NCBI GenBank assembly: GCA_016186795.1
Contig: JACPKY010000002.1
Span: 26,593-90,592 of the forward strand
DNA length: 64,000 bases
Reading direction: 5' to 3'
Source: Candidatus Gottesmanbacteria bacterium
Lineage (GTDB): Bacteria; Patescibacteriota; Microgenomatia; 2-02-FULL-39-11
The translations under genes and the position numbers were made by a program. Below are positions 35,064 to 44,586 of this stretch, piece by piece (positions within the stretch are counted from its first letter, which is position 1; each line of letters opens with the position of its first letter). The notes beneath the pieces are model-generated. The model saw nothing but the letters and a program-made list of their open reading frames with translations. It searched no databases and was not told the DNA's origin.

Positions 35064-35939
35064 ATGAGTAATCACAAGCTAAAAAGTTGGGTATACCGTT
35101 CACCTGATAGAATTTCTCCGCACACGCTGCATATTGAGGTAATCGCAGATTACGGAGGGGGCCATAGTACTGATCACGCCTTTGCAGAAGTGCGAAATCA
35201 TTTCTTGCGTTTTGATAAGGGCAAAAAAATCCGCTTAGTTACCGAGCATCCGGTATTTGCTTTTTCCACTCTTGAGACAGGATTTTGGATTTCACAGGAA
35301 GGCCTTCACAGCGAGCATAAGGATCTGGTCATTTTTTCCAATACCGCTCCTCGCGGAGATGTTGTGTGGCGCGGACATGAAACACAAGGGTTTGTCTGTG
35401 GGATTTTGGATAACGGAATTCCTATCTTTGCTGTGAATGCTGGGTATAACCTTTCATTTGTAAAGGACCGCCTGAAGGGTTTATGGGAAGTGAAAGTTCC
35501 AAATGTCGGAACTCAGTTTCGATCTCGCGATTACTATCCCGAAGTGACGATGGCAATCCTTCAGGGTAATTCTACAAAAGTCGGCAAAGAGGTTAATCTT
35601 AGAGAAATTCCCGCCGTCCCTAACTTCGTTGTCGCCTCTGTTGACGGCTATGGAAATCTGAAAACAACAATTCGTCGAAGCTATCTTTCTGACAGGGTAC
35701 TTTCTAGTAAGAAAGTAAAAGTGACAATTAATAATGCTTCCCATATCGTATTAAATACGTTGGCAGGGGGACATGGGAAAGTTGGAGAGTTGTGTATGGT
35801 GCAGGGGTCATCAGGTGGGAAAAATAGAACATATATAGAATTTATCAGAATGCAAGGACGAGCTGCCGATGATTTTCACATTGATGGTCCACGGGATGAT
35901 ATGGGGAAAATTGTGATAGAAACAATAAGGGAAGGATAA
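35064..35939 (+). CDS. SAM hydroxide adenosyltransferase / DUF62 (fluorinase-chlorinase family)
   Basis: IADYG, FRSRDYYP, VDGYGNLKTTI. Start placed at MSNHK because TATAAT 35048-35053 overlaps the upstream ATG. Confidence 0.8.
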   Translation: MSNHKLKSWVYRSPDRISPHTLHIEVIADYGGGHSTDHAFAEVRNHFLRFDKGKKIRLVTEHPVFAFSTLETGFWISQEGLHSEHKDLVIFSNTAPRGDVVWRGHETQGFVCGILDNGIPIFAVNAGYNLSFVKDRLKGLWEVKVPNVGTQFRSRDYYPEVTMAILQGNSTKVGKEVNLREIPAVPNFVVASVDGYGNLKTTIRRSYLSDRVLSSKKVKVTINNASHIVLNTLAGGHGKVGELCMVQGSSGGKNRTYIEFIRMQGRAADDFHIDGPRDDMGKIVIETIREG

Positions 35940-35945
35940 CCGGAT

Positions 35946-38090
35946 ATGTACTACAAATCAATTCTTGACCTTATTGGCAATACTCCGCTTGTCCGCATCA
36001 ATAAACTCAATCCAAATCCCTCAAACGTTACAATTCTTGTCAAACTTGAGTACTTAAACCCCGGCGGAAGTATCAAAGATCGGATGGTGAAAGAGATTGT
36101 TGCGGAGGCAGAAAAGAATGGAGAGCTTAAAAAAGGGGGAACAATTGTTGAGGCCACATCCGGCAATACCGGAATCGGATTTGCCATGGTTTCCGCAGTT
36201 AAAGGATATAAAGCAATCTTTACCCAGCCCAACTGGATGAGTGCCAACAAGAGGAAGCTCATTGAAGCTTTTGGGGCAAAGGTTCATGTTTGTCCTACAG
36301 CAGTTCCAATTGATGATCCGCGAAGTTACAAAAGTACCGCCAAAAGAATTGCCAAAGAAAAAGGAGCTTATCTTTCAGATCAGTACAGTAACCCAGCAAA
36401 CCCTGTTGCTCACTACAAAACAACCGGCCGGGAAATTTGGGAAGCACTAAACGGGAAAATTGATTATATAGTAATTGGAATAGGGACAGGTGGCACCTCA
36501 ACGGGGGTAGTCAAGTTTCTTAAAGAAAAAAATCCCAAAATAAAATTTATTGCACCAGACCCCATAGGTTCTGTTTATAGCGGCAAGCTTGGTGCCTTCA
36601 GAGTAGAGGGAATTGGTCATATTTTTATTCCCAAAAATGTTGATTTATCCCTTGTTGATGAGTTTGTTCGTCTGGAAAGTAAGAAAGCTATTGAAATGGC
36701 AAAGCGGATAACTTGTAAGGAGGGGATTTTGGCAGGACCATCATCGGGGGCAGCTATGTATGCGGCAGTTGAAGTTGCCAAAAAAATAAAAGAAAAGGGG
36801 AAAGTAATCGTTGCTATTTTTCCTGATTCAGGGGAACGGTACCTGGATTATCTTTACGACGAAGATTTTGAAGTACCAGTTGTATCCAAACATCGAACGA
36901 AGGAGAATTTCTCAACTTCCGCAATCCATGGGCCAGTTTCTGATTTTCAAGACAGGAATGCTCTGGTTCCTCCGCTGTATCGATCCGCAATTTACAAATT
37001 CAAAAATGTTGAAGAAGCGGGGAAAATTTTTGAAGGCAGTAATCGTGCGGAAGAAAACAGATCCAAATACGTCTATACTCGCGGCAATCATCCAAATCAG
37101 CGTCTTTTGGAAAGGACCCTTACGAGACTTGAAGGTGGGGTGGATAGTGTTGCCTTTTCCTCAGGGATGGCGGCAATTACTTCTTTTGCCGAGACAATTC
37201 TTCATCAAGGTGATGAAGTGGTTGCCTCCAATGTTTTATATGGAGATACGCATAAATTTTTCAATAGTTTTGTCAAAAGGTGGGGGATAAAAACGACGTT
37301 TGTTGATATCACCAATCTTTCTCAGGTACAAAAAGCAATAAGTAAAAAAACCAAACTTATCTATACAGAAACCCCCACCAATCCGCTTTTAACAATTGCC
37401 GATATTGAAAAACTTTCTCAAATTGCCAAACAAGCAAATGCTATTTTGGTTATCGATAATACATTTGCATCCCCTTATTTACAACAACCGTTAAAATTGG
37501 GAGCCGATGTCGTTATCGAATCGACGACAAAATATATATCAGGACACTCCGATGCCTTGGGAGGTATTGTTATTGCCAAAAACCAAGATCTTATTATGGA
37601 ACTTTGGGGAACTCTTTTTGTCAAAGGCGCTCAGATGGATCCCGAAGTTGCAGCTCTATCGCTTCGGGGACTAAAAACGCTTGGTCTTAGGATGGAAAGA
37701 CATTGCCAAAACGCGCAAATTGTTGCAAAATTTTTATCCAAACACCCGAAGGTGAAAGTTGTGTACTATCCAGGACTTATTACACATCCCCAGCATGATC
37801 TTGCAAGAGTTCAGATGAACGGATTTGGAGGGATTGTTTCCTTTGAGCTAAAAGGTGGGATTGAGGAAGGTAAAAAATTTGTGAACAACCTGAAACTTTT
37901 CTCTCTTTCAGTAAGTTTGGGAGCTATAGAAAGTTTAGTAAACCATCCTGCGTCTATGACACAAAAAGTTATTCCGCAAAAGGAACGGCTCAAGGCAGGA
38001 ATTACCGATGGACTTATCAGGCTCTCAGTTGGAATTGAAGACGTTGATGATCTTTTGGCAGATTTGAGAGAGTCTTTTAATACGTTATAA
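35946..38090 (+). CDS. Fusion of cysteine synthase/cystathionine beta-synthase and a cystathionine gamma-lyase/methionine gamma-lyase-family PLP enzyme
   Basis: N-half KLEYLNPGGSIKDR, EATSGNTG, GTGGT, PDSGERYL; C-half YTRGNHP, FSSGMAAI, ETPTNP, ESTTKYISGHSD, VSLGAIESL, IRLSVGIED. Confidence 0.92.
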   Translation: MYYKSILDLIGNTPLVRINKLNPNPSNVTILVKLEYLNPGGSIKDRMVKEIVAEAEKNGELKKGGTIVEATSGNTGIGFAMVSAVKGYKAIFTQPNWMSANKRKLIEAFGAKVHVCPTAVPIDDPRSYKSTAKRIAKEKGAYLSDQYSNPANPVAHYKTTGREIWEALNGKIDYIVIGIGTGGTSTGVVKFLKEKNPKIKFIAPDPIGSVYSGKLGAFRVEGIGHIFIPKNVDLSLVDEFVRLESKKAIEMAKRITCKEGILAGPSSGAAMYAAVEVAKKIKEKGKVIVAIFPDSGERYLDYLYDEDFEVPVVSKHRTKENFSTSAIHGPVSDFQDRNALVPPLYRSAIYKFKNVEEAGKIFEGSNRAEENRSKYVYTRGNHPNQRLLERTLTRLEGGVDSVAFSSGMAAITSFAETILHQGDEVVASNVLYGDTHKFFNSFVKRWGIKTTFVDITNLSQVQKAISKKTKLIYTETPTNPLLTIADIEKLSQIAKQANAILVIDNTFASPYLQQPLKLGADVVIESTTKYISGHSDALGGIVIAKNQDLIMELWGTLFVKGAQMDPEVAALSLRGLKTLGLRMERHCQNAQIVAKFLSKHPKVKVVYYPGLITHPQHDLARVQMNGFGGIVSFELKGGIEEGKKFVNNLKLFSLSVSLGAIESLVNHPASMTQKVIPQKERLKAGITDGLIRLSVGIEDVDDLLADLRESFNTL

Positions 38091-38110
38091 CTATTTGAAA
38101 GAAGAAGGAA

Positions 38111-39367
38111 ATGAAACAATATAAAGTAAAAGATATTAAATTGGCAGATAGCGGGAAGAAGAAAATTGATTGGGCTCGTGATCATATGCCGGTTGTTTCA
38201 GAAATTACTAAAGAGTTTTCAAAAAGAAAACCCTTTAAGGGGTTAACAATAGGAGCTAGTCTTCATGTAACGAAAGATACGGCTGTTTTGATGTACGCTT
38301 TAAGGACGGGAGGAGCCAAAGTTATCTTGTGTGGATGTAATCCGCTCTCAACTCAAGACGATGTTGCGGCAGCTTTAGCCAAAGACGACTTTCCGATTTT
38401 TGCCTGGAGGGGGCAAACAAGATTTGAGTACTATACGTCTATTGATTTTGTCTTGGATCACAAACCACAGATCACAATTGATGATGGTTGTGACTTGGTG
38501 GGTGTTGTCCATTCGAGAAGGAAAAATCTGATCCCCAATATATTGGGAGGATGTGAAGAAACTGCAATGGGAGTAAATAGGTTAAGAGTGATGGAGAAGG
38601 AAGGAGTTTTGAAATACCCTATGATTGCAGTTAACGATGCATACACCAAGCATCTTTTTGACAATCGATATGGTACTGGACAGTCAAGCCTTGACGGAAT
38701 CTTACGAGCAACCAATATCCTTTTTTCCGGAAAAACTATGGTTGTCGTCGGATACGGATGGTGTGGAAGAGGAGTAACAACGAGAGCCAAAGGATTGGGA
38801 TCCCAAGTGATTGTTTGTGAAATTGATCCGATTCGGGCTCTTGAGGCAGTGATGGATGGTTTTGGAGTGATGCCGATATCTGCGGCGGTCCGCATTGGTG
38901 ATATTTTTGTCACAGTTACCAGCAATAAAAATGTCATTACGTATGCTCATATGCTGACAATGAAAGACGGGGCGGTACTTGCAAATGCCGGTCATACCAA
39001 TGTAGAAATTGATGTGGAAACTCTTGATAAAAGAGTGAAAAAAAGAGTTGAAATTCGTCCTAATACTGTCGAATACTTTCTGCCGAACGGAAAAACGATA
39101 TACGTCTTGGGAGAAGGAAGAATTATTAATCTTGTTGCAGCTGAAGGGCATCCGTCAGAAGTTATGGATATGAGTTTTGCAACACAAGCATTATCTGCAG
39201 AATATATAGCGGTTCACCATAAAAAGCTTTTACCCAAAGTTTACAATACCACTATTGAGCAGGATCGGCGAATTGCGACGTTGAAACTTAAAACAATGGG
39301 AATTTCAATTGATACAATGACCGCTGCACAAAAGAAATACATGGGAAGCTGGACCGAAGGTACTTGA
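38111..39367 (+). CDS. ahcY: S-adenosylhomocysteine hydrolase
   Basis: CNPLSTQD, IDDGCDL, KHLFDNRYGTGQS, GYGWCGRG, GHPSEVMDMSF. Confidence 0.97.
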   Translation: MKQYKVKDIKLADSGKKKIDWARDHMPVVSEITKEFSKRKPFKGLTIGASLHVTKDTAVLMYALRTGGAKVILCGCNPLSTQDDVAAALAKDDFPIFAWRGQTRFEYYTSIDFVLDHKPQITIDDGCDLVGVVHSRRKNLIPNILGGCEETAMGVNRLRVMEKEGVLKYPMIAVNDAYTKHLFDNRYGTGQSSLDGILRATNILFSGKTMVVVGYGWCGRGVTTRAKGLGSQVIVCEIDPIRALEAVMDGFGVMPISAAVRIGDIFVTVTSNKNVITYAHMLTMKDGAVLANAGHTNVEIDVETLDKRVKKRVEIRPNTVEYFLPNGKTIYVLGEGRIINLVAAEGHPSEVMDMSFATQALSAEYIAVHHKKLLPKVYNTTIEQDRRIATLKLKTMGISIDTMTAAQKKYMGSWTEGT

Positions 39368-39398
39368 AACTAAAGGGAAAAGGTCCCATAATTACACT

Positions 39399-40307
39399 AT
39401 GGCAAGTGTTATCTTTTCTGGAAATTCCAACCTAACACTTTCACAAAACATTGTCAAAGAACTCTCCCTCTCCTTAGGAAAAGTTGAAATTGTTCGATTT
39501 GCAGATTCAGAAATTCGGGTTCGTGTTGAGGAGGACGTTGAGGGAAAAGATGTTTTCCTTCTGCAATCACTCTCAAATCCAGTTGATGAACACCTCATGG
39601 AACTACTTTTGATGGCAGATGCTGTCAAACGAGGAGAACCAAGGAAAATTATCGCGGTTCTCCCATACCATGGATATGCGAGACAAGATAGAGTCCATCG
39701 TCCTGGTGAGTGTCTCTCAAGCCAAGTAGTTGCGAAACTCATCGAAACCGTCGACGTTGATAAATTGATTACCGTTGAGCTTCATAACGAATCACTGATT
39801 GGTTTTTTTAAAATTCCCGTCGTTCATATTTCGGGATTAACTGTCTTTCAAAAAGAAGTTGAAAAGATTGACAATGAAGTCGTCATCATCACACCCGATG
39901 CCGGAGCTCTCAAGCGTGCCCAGAAATTTGCCGAGGATTTAGAATTGCCCTTGGCACTTATTGAAAAAAAACGGGATTTGAATCAACCGCATAAAATTGT
40001 TTCAATGCGGGTTGTGGGGGATATCGTAGGGAAAACGGCAATTATTGCCGAGGATGTGATCGTAACAGGTGGAACACTTGTGAATGCTTCCTACGTATTG
40101 AAACAGAAAGGAGCAAAACAGGTTATTGCTGCGGCAACTCACGCTGATTTTGTTGGCGGAACTGATAAAATATTGCAGGAGTCTCCCATTGATCGTGTCT
40201 GGGTGACAGATACAATTACCATTCCTGATGATAAAAAATTTCCTAAGCTGCAGATTTTTCCTATTGCCTCAACCCTCGCTTCTTATATGCGGAAGATGGT
40301 AAAATGA
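39399..40307 (+). CDS. prs: Ribose-phosphate pyrophosphokinase
   Basis: RFADSEI, PYHGYARQDR, TPDAG, EDVIVTGGT. Confidence 0.95.
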   Translation: MASVIFSGNSNLTLSQNIVKELSLSLGKVEIVRFADSEIRVRVEEDVEGKDVFLLQSLSNPVDEHLMELLLMADAVKRGEPRKIIAVLPYHGYARQDRVHRPGECLSSQVVAKLIETVDVDKLITVELHNESLIGFFKIPVVHISGLTVFQKEVEKIDNEVVIITPDAGALKRAQKFAEDLELPLALIEKKRDLNQPHKIVSMRVVGDIVGKTAIIAEDVIVTGGTLVNASYVLKQKGAKQVIAAATHADFVGGTDKILQESPIDRVWVTDTITIPDDKKFPKLQIFPIASTLASYMRKMVK

Positions 40308-40311
40308 GGGA

Positions 40312-40941
40312 ATGAAAATTATTCCCAAATCACTATCGAAACTCATTGAATCATTTGAGAAGCTTCCTGGAATTGGTCCGAAGACTGCAGGACGTCTTGC
40401 CTTTTATCTACTCCATGTTCCCCAAAATGAGCTCAATATGTTTAGCGACAATATCAAGAATTTAAAAATTGCGACAAAGTTTTGTTCTCTTTGCGGCAAT
40501 ATTGGTGAAACCGATCCATGCTCGGTGTGTGAAGACGTATCCCGTGACCATTCTTTTGTTTGCGTTGTAGAACAACCGTTGGATGTTGTTTCCATAGAAA
40601 AAACTGGTGCCTATAAAGGAGTCTATCACGTTTTATACGGAGCGATTAATCCATTACAAAATATCGGTCCCGATGAGATACGGATTGCTGAACTTATGAA
40701 ACGTATTTTCGGTGGGACTATTCATGAAATACTTCTGGCGACAAACCCTACCATGGAGGGAGAGGCAACAGCAATGTATATCAAAAGAGAAATTCAAAAT
40801 GCAATCCGCCAGCTGGCGGACAAAAGTCAAAATTCAATAAGAATAACCAGACTTGCACATGGGCTTCCTGTTGGAGGTGATATTGAGTATGCTGATGAAG
40901 TGACACTGTCTCGGGCGTTTGAAGGGAGGAGGGAATACTGA
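40312..40941 (+). CDS. recR: Recombination mediator RecR (carries a short in-frame palindrome insert)
   Basis: LPGIGPKTA, C4 zinc finger, ATNPTMEGEATA, GLPVGGDIEYAD. Confidence 0.97.
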   Translation: MKIIPKSLSKLIESFEKLPGIGPKTAGRLAFYLLHVPQNELNMFSDNIKNLKIATKFCSLCGNIGETDPCSVCEDVSRDHSFVCVVEQPLDVVSIEKTGAYKGVYHVLYGAINPLQNIGPDEIRIAELMKRIFGGTIHEILLATNPTMEGEATAMYIKREIQNAIRQLADKSQNSIRITRLAHGLPVGGDIEYADEVTLSRAFEGRREY

Positions 40942-41243
40942 TGCTTTCAAAAAAACTGTTACTTGGCCAACTGCAAAATGTTCCCGATCCAGAACTTGGA
41001 ATATCTATTGTTGAGTTGGGTCTCATTTATGATGTAAAGGCCGATACGAAAGGGAATGTCGAGGTCTTGATGACTCTGACCACCATGGGATGTCCACTTT
41101 TTGAGCTGATTGCAGATCCAATTAAGGCAACGCTGCAAAAACTTGAAGGAGTGAAAAAAGTGGATGTGGAGTTGACGTTTGATCCTCCATGGAGTCCTGA
41201 TAAAATGAGCAAAGAAGCAAAAGTGAAATTAGGGTTCTTTTGA
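40941..41243 (+). CDS. Metal-sulfur cluster assembly factor (DUF59/SufT/PaaD-like)
   Basis: DPELGISIVELGLIY, TLTTMGCP, PPWSPDKMS. Confidence 0.92.
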   Translation: MLSKKLLLGQLQNVPDPELGISIVELGLIYDVKADTKGNVEVLMTLTTMGCPLFELIADPIKATLQKLEGVKKVDVELTFDPPWSPDKMSKEAKVKLGFF

Positions 41244-41249
41244 AAAGCT

Positions 41250-41404
41250 AGTTTTCTATTTTTCGCAAAATAGGGTTCGTGGAAAGAGTCTGTATGCTGT
41301 ATTTCTCGGGAAATCCTTCGGAAATTACAGTTTCCGCTTTCCTTTTCGAAATACAGCAACATACTCTAATCCACCTGCACAAATTTTGCTCAAAATAGAA
41401 AACT
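41250..41404. other. ~155-nt intergenic rod-like inverted repeat (candidate ncRNA or MITE-like element)
   Basis: 13-bp closing stem 41250-41262/41392-41404 plus nested GCAAAAT, GTGGA, GCTGTATTTC and GGAAA pairings. Confidence 0.5.
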
Positions 41405-41425
41405 GCTTCTTATTTAAAACATAAG

Positions 41426-41923
41426 ATGGGGAAAATAATTAAATCTATTATTACCAATACGTTTGAGGCAGTCAAAGATTCTGCAAAACAGGTGGCTGAT
41501 ACCGTATCACCCGGATCGCTTCTTGAGCAAGCATTAGGAAAACAAAAGTCTCAAAGTAGTGAATTTACTGAATACCTCAAAAACGTTGGCGGAGAACTTT
41601 CACCAGAAGAACTTGAGAAAAAAAAGAAGGAGTTTTCCCAAAGCGATCAGGAAAAACTGGAAGAGACACGGAAAAAGCTTTTGCCCTCAGTTCCTGCACA
41701 TATGAAACCACCTCCAACGGCGAAAGGACCTCGGCCGTACGAGGCGACAATTCAGGAAGAGGAACGAAAGAAAGCACAAGCGGTTGAAATGCAAAAAAAA
41801 CAAGCTTCCCAACAAATCACTCCTCCATCGGGGAAGAAGGCACGAGGGTCACTTTTTTCCAAAAAGAAAAAAGCTACCCCTACCGGTTTCGAAGTTATGA
41901 AAGGGGATAAAAAGGCAGGATGA
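41426..41923 (+). CDS. Hypothetical charged protein (165 aa)
   Basis: Clean ORF filling the gap before cysS. Confidence 0.65.
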   Translation: MGKIIKSIITNTFEAVKDSAKQVADTVSPGSLLEQALGKQKSQSSEFTEYLKNVGGELSPEELEKKKKEFSQSDQEKLEETRKKLLPSVPAHMKPPPTAKGPRPYEATIQEEERKKAQAVEMQKKQASQQITPPSGKKARGSLFSKKKKATPTGFEVMKGDKKAG

Positions 41924-41945
41924 GATTTAATATTTGATATTGAAT

Positions 41946-43361
41946 ATGTTGCGTCTATATAATACTCTCACGCGAAAAATCGAGAATTTTGTTCCGTTAA
42001 ATCCACCGCTTGTCACCTACTATTCCTGTGGTCCGACGGTGTATGATTTTGCCCATATCGGGCATGCACGGACGTATGTCTTTTCTGATATTTTGCAACG
42101 AGTGTTGGAGTGGAGTGGATACAAAGTAAAACGGGTGATGAATATTACTGATGTTGGTCATTTAACATCCGATAGCGATACCGGGGAGGACAAGATGGAA
42201 AAGGGAGCGAAAAGGGAAGGAAAAACCGTTTGGGATATCGCAAAATTCTACACCGATGATTTTTTCGTGATGCTGCAAAAATTGAATATCAAAACGCCCC
42301 AAACGATTTGCAAGGCGACCGACTACATCAAAGAAATGATTGATTTGGTGAAAGTTTTGGAAAAAAAAGGTTTTACCTACACCATAGAAGATGGAGTATA
42401 TTTCGATACCGGAAAAATATCCGACTACGGAAAACTTACGGGAAAGTCAAAAGAAGAGTTGGAAAAAGGACAAAAAGCAGGTTTCAGGGTGGAAATCGTT
42501 CCCGGAAAACGAAATCCTATGGATTTTGCCCTATGGAAATTAACTCCCAAAGGAGTAAAGCGGCAAATGGAATGGGATAGTCCCTGGGGGAAAGGATTTC
42601 CTGGTTGGCATATTGAATGCTCAGCCATGAGTATGAAAGTATTAGGGCCTACTATTGATATTCATACAGGTGGTGTTGACCATATCCCTATTCACCACAC
42701 CAATGAAATTGCCCAAAGCGAAGCGGCAACCGACAAAAAGTTTGTCCGTTTTTTTCTTCATGGAGAGCATCTTTTCGTTGATGGGGAAAAGATGAGCAAA
42801 TCGAGAGGTAATTTTTACCGAGTTGCCGATATCGAAAAGAAAGAATACTCACCTTTGGCTCTTCGGTATCTTTTTTTGACTGTACACTATCGTACGCAGA
42901 TGAACTTTACCTGGAAGTCACTTAACGCCTCCCAAACTGCTCTTACTAACCTTTACGATCATATACGAAAGCATATCCAAAATGGTGCAAAAGAAGGGAA
43001 ATTATCAAAAGAAGCGCAAAAAGTAAAAAAAGAATTTGAAGAAGCGATTTCCTCTGATCTTTCTTTACCTCTTGCCTTGGCAGTCGTTTGGGATACGGTG
43101 AAAGGAAGACTTTCCTCTTCTGATATTTACACGTTGCTTCTCCAATTTGATACTGTGCTGGGTTTGGGTTTTTCCGATATTCACGTTTCTATTGCACCAG
43201 ATATACAAGCGCTTATTTTAAAGCGAGATGAAGCTCGGCGCAATAAAAATTTTCAGGAGGCGGATAAACTTCGAAGTATGCTTGAAAAAAAAAGGTTTGC
43301 AGTCAATGATACGTCGGTTGGAACTATCGTTATCCCCAGAAATAATAACGCTAAAAGATAA
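41946..43361 (+). CDS. cysS: Cysteine--tRNA ligase
   Basis: CGPTVY, HIGH, PGWHIECS, KMSKS. Confidence 0.98.
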   Translation: MLRLYNTLTRKIENFVPLNPPLVTYYSCGPTVYDFAHIGHARTYVFSDILQRVLEWSGYKVKRVMNITDVGHLTSDSDTGEDKMEKGAKREGKTVWDIAKFYTDDFFVMLQKLNIKTPQTICKATDYIKEMIDLVKVLEKKGFTYTIEDGVYFDTGKISDYGKLTGKSKEELEKGQKAGFRVEIVPGKRNPMDFALWKLTPKGVKRQMEWDSPWGKGFPGWHIECSAMSMKVLGPTIDIHTGGVDHIPIHHTNEIAQSEAATDKKFVRFFLHGEHLFVDGEKMSKSRGNFYRVADIEKKEYSPLALRYLFLTVHYRTQMNFTWKSLNASQTALTNLYDHIRKHIQNGAKEGKLSKEAQKVKKEFEEAISSDLSLPLALAVVWDTVKGRLSSSDIYTLLLQFDTVLGLGFSDIHVSIAPDIQALILKRDEARRNKNFQEADKLRSMLEKKRFAVNDTSVGTIVIPRNNNAKR

Positions 43362-43429
43362 TATCTAAGGTAATTATCATCGTTTGGTCTTTGAAATTTT
43401 GAAGGGTCTTTGATATACTTGCCCACATT

Positions 43430-43711
43430 ATGACTCATACATACGAGCTTTTGGTTATTTCCAAACCGGAAGAAAGAGAAGATACGGAAAAAAAACTCAC
43501 CGATCTTATTAAGATTCATCTCTCTGAGAAGGGACTTACCAAAAAAGAAGATTTAGGGAAGAAAGTTCTCGCATACCCGATTAACCGATTAAATGAAGGG
43601 CACTATCTTTTGTTTACATTGACTACCGAATCTGACAAAATACAATCGTTTACCCAAAAATTACGGTCATTTGAGGCGATTGTTCGACATTTACTGGTAA
43701 GGAGGAAATAG
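43430..43711 (+). CDS. rpsF: 30S ribosomal protein bS6
   Basis: YELLVI, LGKKVLAYPI; rpsF-ssb-rpsR order. Confidence 0.93.
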   Translation: MTHTYELLVISKPEEREDTEKKLTDLIKIHLSEKGLTKKEDLGKKVLAYPINRLNEGHYLLFTLTTESDKIQSFTQKLRSFEAIVRHLLVRRK

Positions 43712-43714
43712 TCT

Positions 43715-44287
43715 ATGTCATCAAGATCTCTAAATAAAGTTATTCTCATTGGGAATCTTACTCGTGACCCGGAACTTCGATATACGCCAGCAGGAACTGC
43801 TGTTTGCACAATGGGAGTGGCAACGAATCGTTCTTGGACAACACAATCAGGTGATACCAAAGAAGAGACAGAATTTCACCGTGTGGTTGCCTGGAATAAA
43901 CTCGCAGAACTGTGTGCACAACTTCTAACCAAAGGCAGAAAAGTGTATGTTGAAGGTCGTCTTGCTACTCATTCATGGACTGCACAAGACGGTGCTCAAA
44001 GGTCCTCAACTGAGGTCGTTATTGAGGACATGATTATTCTTGATTCTCGGAAGAAAGTAGAAGGGAAGGAAGAGAGCGCAAGTATTCCAGAACGTCAGAT
44101 TCATGAGGAAAAAGTGACGGAGGCGACACCAGTACCCGCGAAGCCTTCGGATGATTCTCAATCACAAAAACAGACTACCTCCGCCAAACAGAAAACAAGT
44201 GAGAAGAAAAAAGAAGAAAAGGCCCAAGATACAAAGGAAACACCAGTTCCGACAGAGGATATCACACCTGAGGATATTCCATTTTAA
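43715..44287 (+). CDS. ssb: Single-stranded DNA-binding protein
   Basis: LNKVILIGNLTRDPELRYT; C-terminal EDIPF. Confidence 0.98.
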   Translation: MSSRSLNKVILIGNLTRDPELRYTPAGTAVCTMGVATNRSWTTQSGDTKEETEFHRVVAWNKLAELCAQLLTKGRKVYVEGRLATHSWTAQDGAQRSSTEVVIEDMIILDSRKKVEGKEESASIPERQIHEEKVTEATPVPAKPSDDSQSQKQTTSAKQKTSEKKKEEKAQDTKETPVPTEDITPEDIPF

Positions 44288-44292
44288 CGTAT

Positions 44293-44538
44293 ATGGCAAA
44301 ATTTATTCGAAAACCAAGACGAATTATCAGACGACCAGGTGCATGCTATTTCTGTAAACAGAAAATGGACCCTGATTATAAAGATATCGAGACACTCAAA
44401 AGATCGCTTTCTGAGCGGGGTAAGGTTCTTGGTCGTCGTGAGAGTGGCGTTTGTCAAAAGCACCAGCATAGTTTGGCGCTTTCAGTAAAACGAGCTCGAT
44501 ACATGGCACTTTTGCCATATATTGTTCGTCCCTCATAA
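44293..44538 (+). CDS. rpsR: 30S ribosomal protein bS18 (Zn-binding type)
   Basis: CYFC, DYKD, SERGK, VKRARYMALLPY. Confidence 0.97.
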   Translation: MAKFIRKPRRIIRRPGACYFCKQKMDPDYKDIETLKRSLSERGKVLGRRESGVCQKHQHSLALSVKRARYMALLPYIVRPS

Positions 44539-44586
44539 GAAAATGAGAATGCTTCCAGTGTCTTTTACGAAGTGTATTTCATCGAA

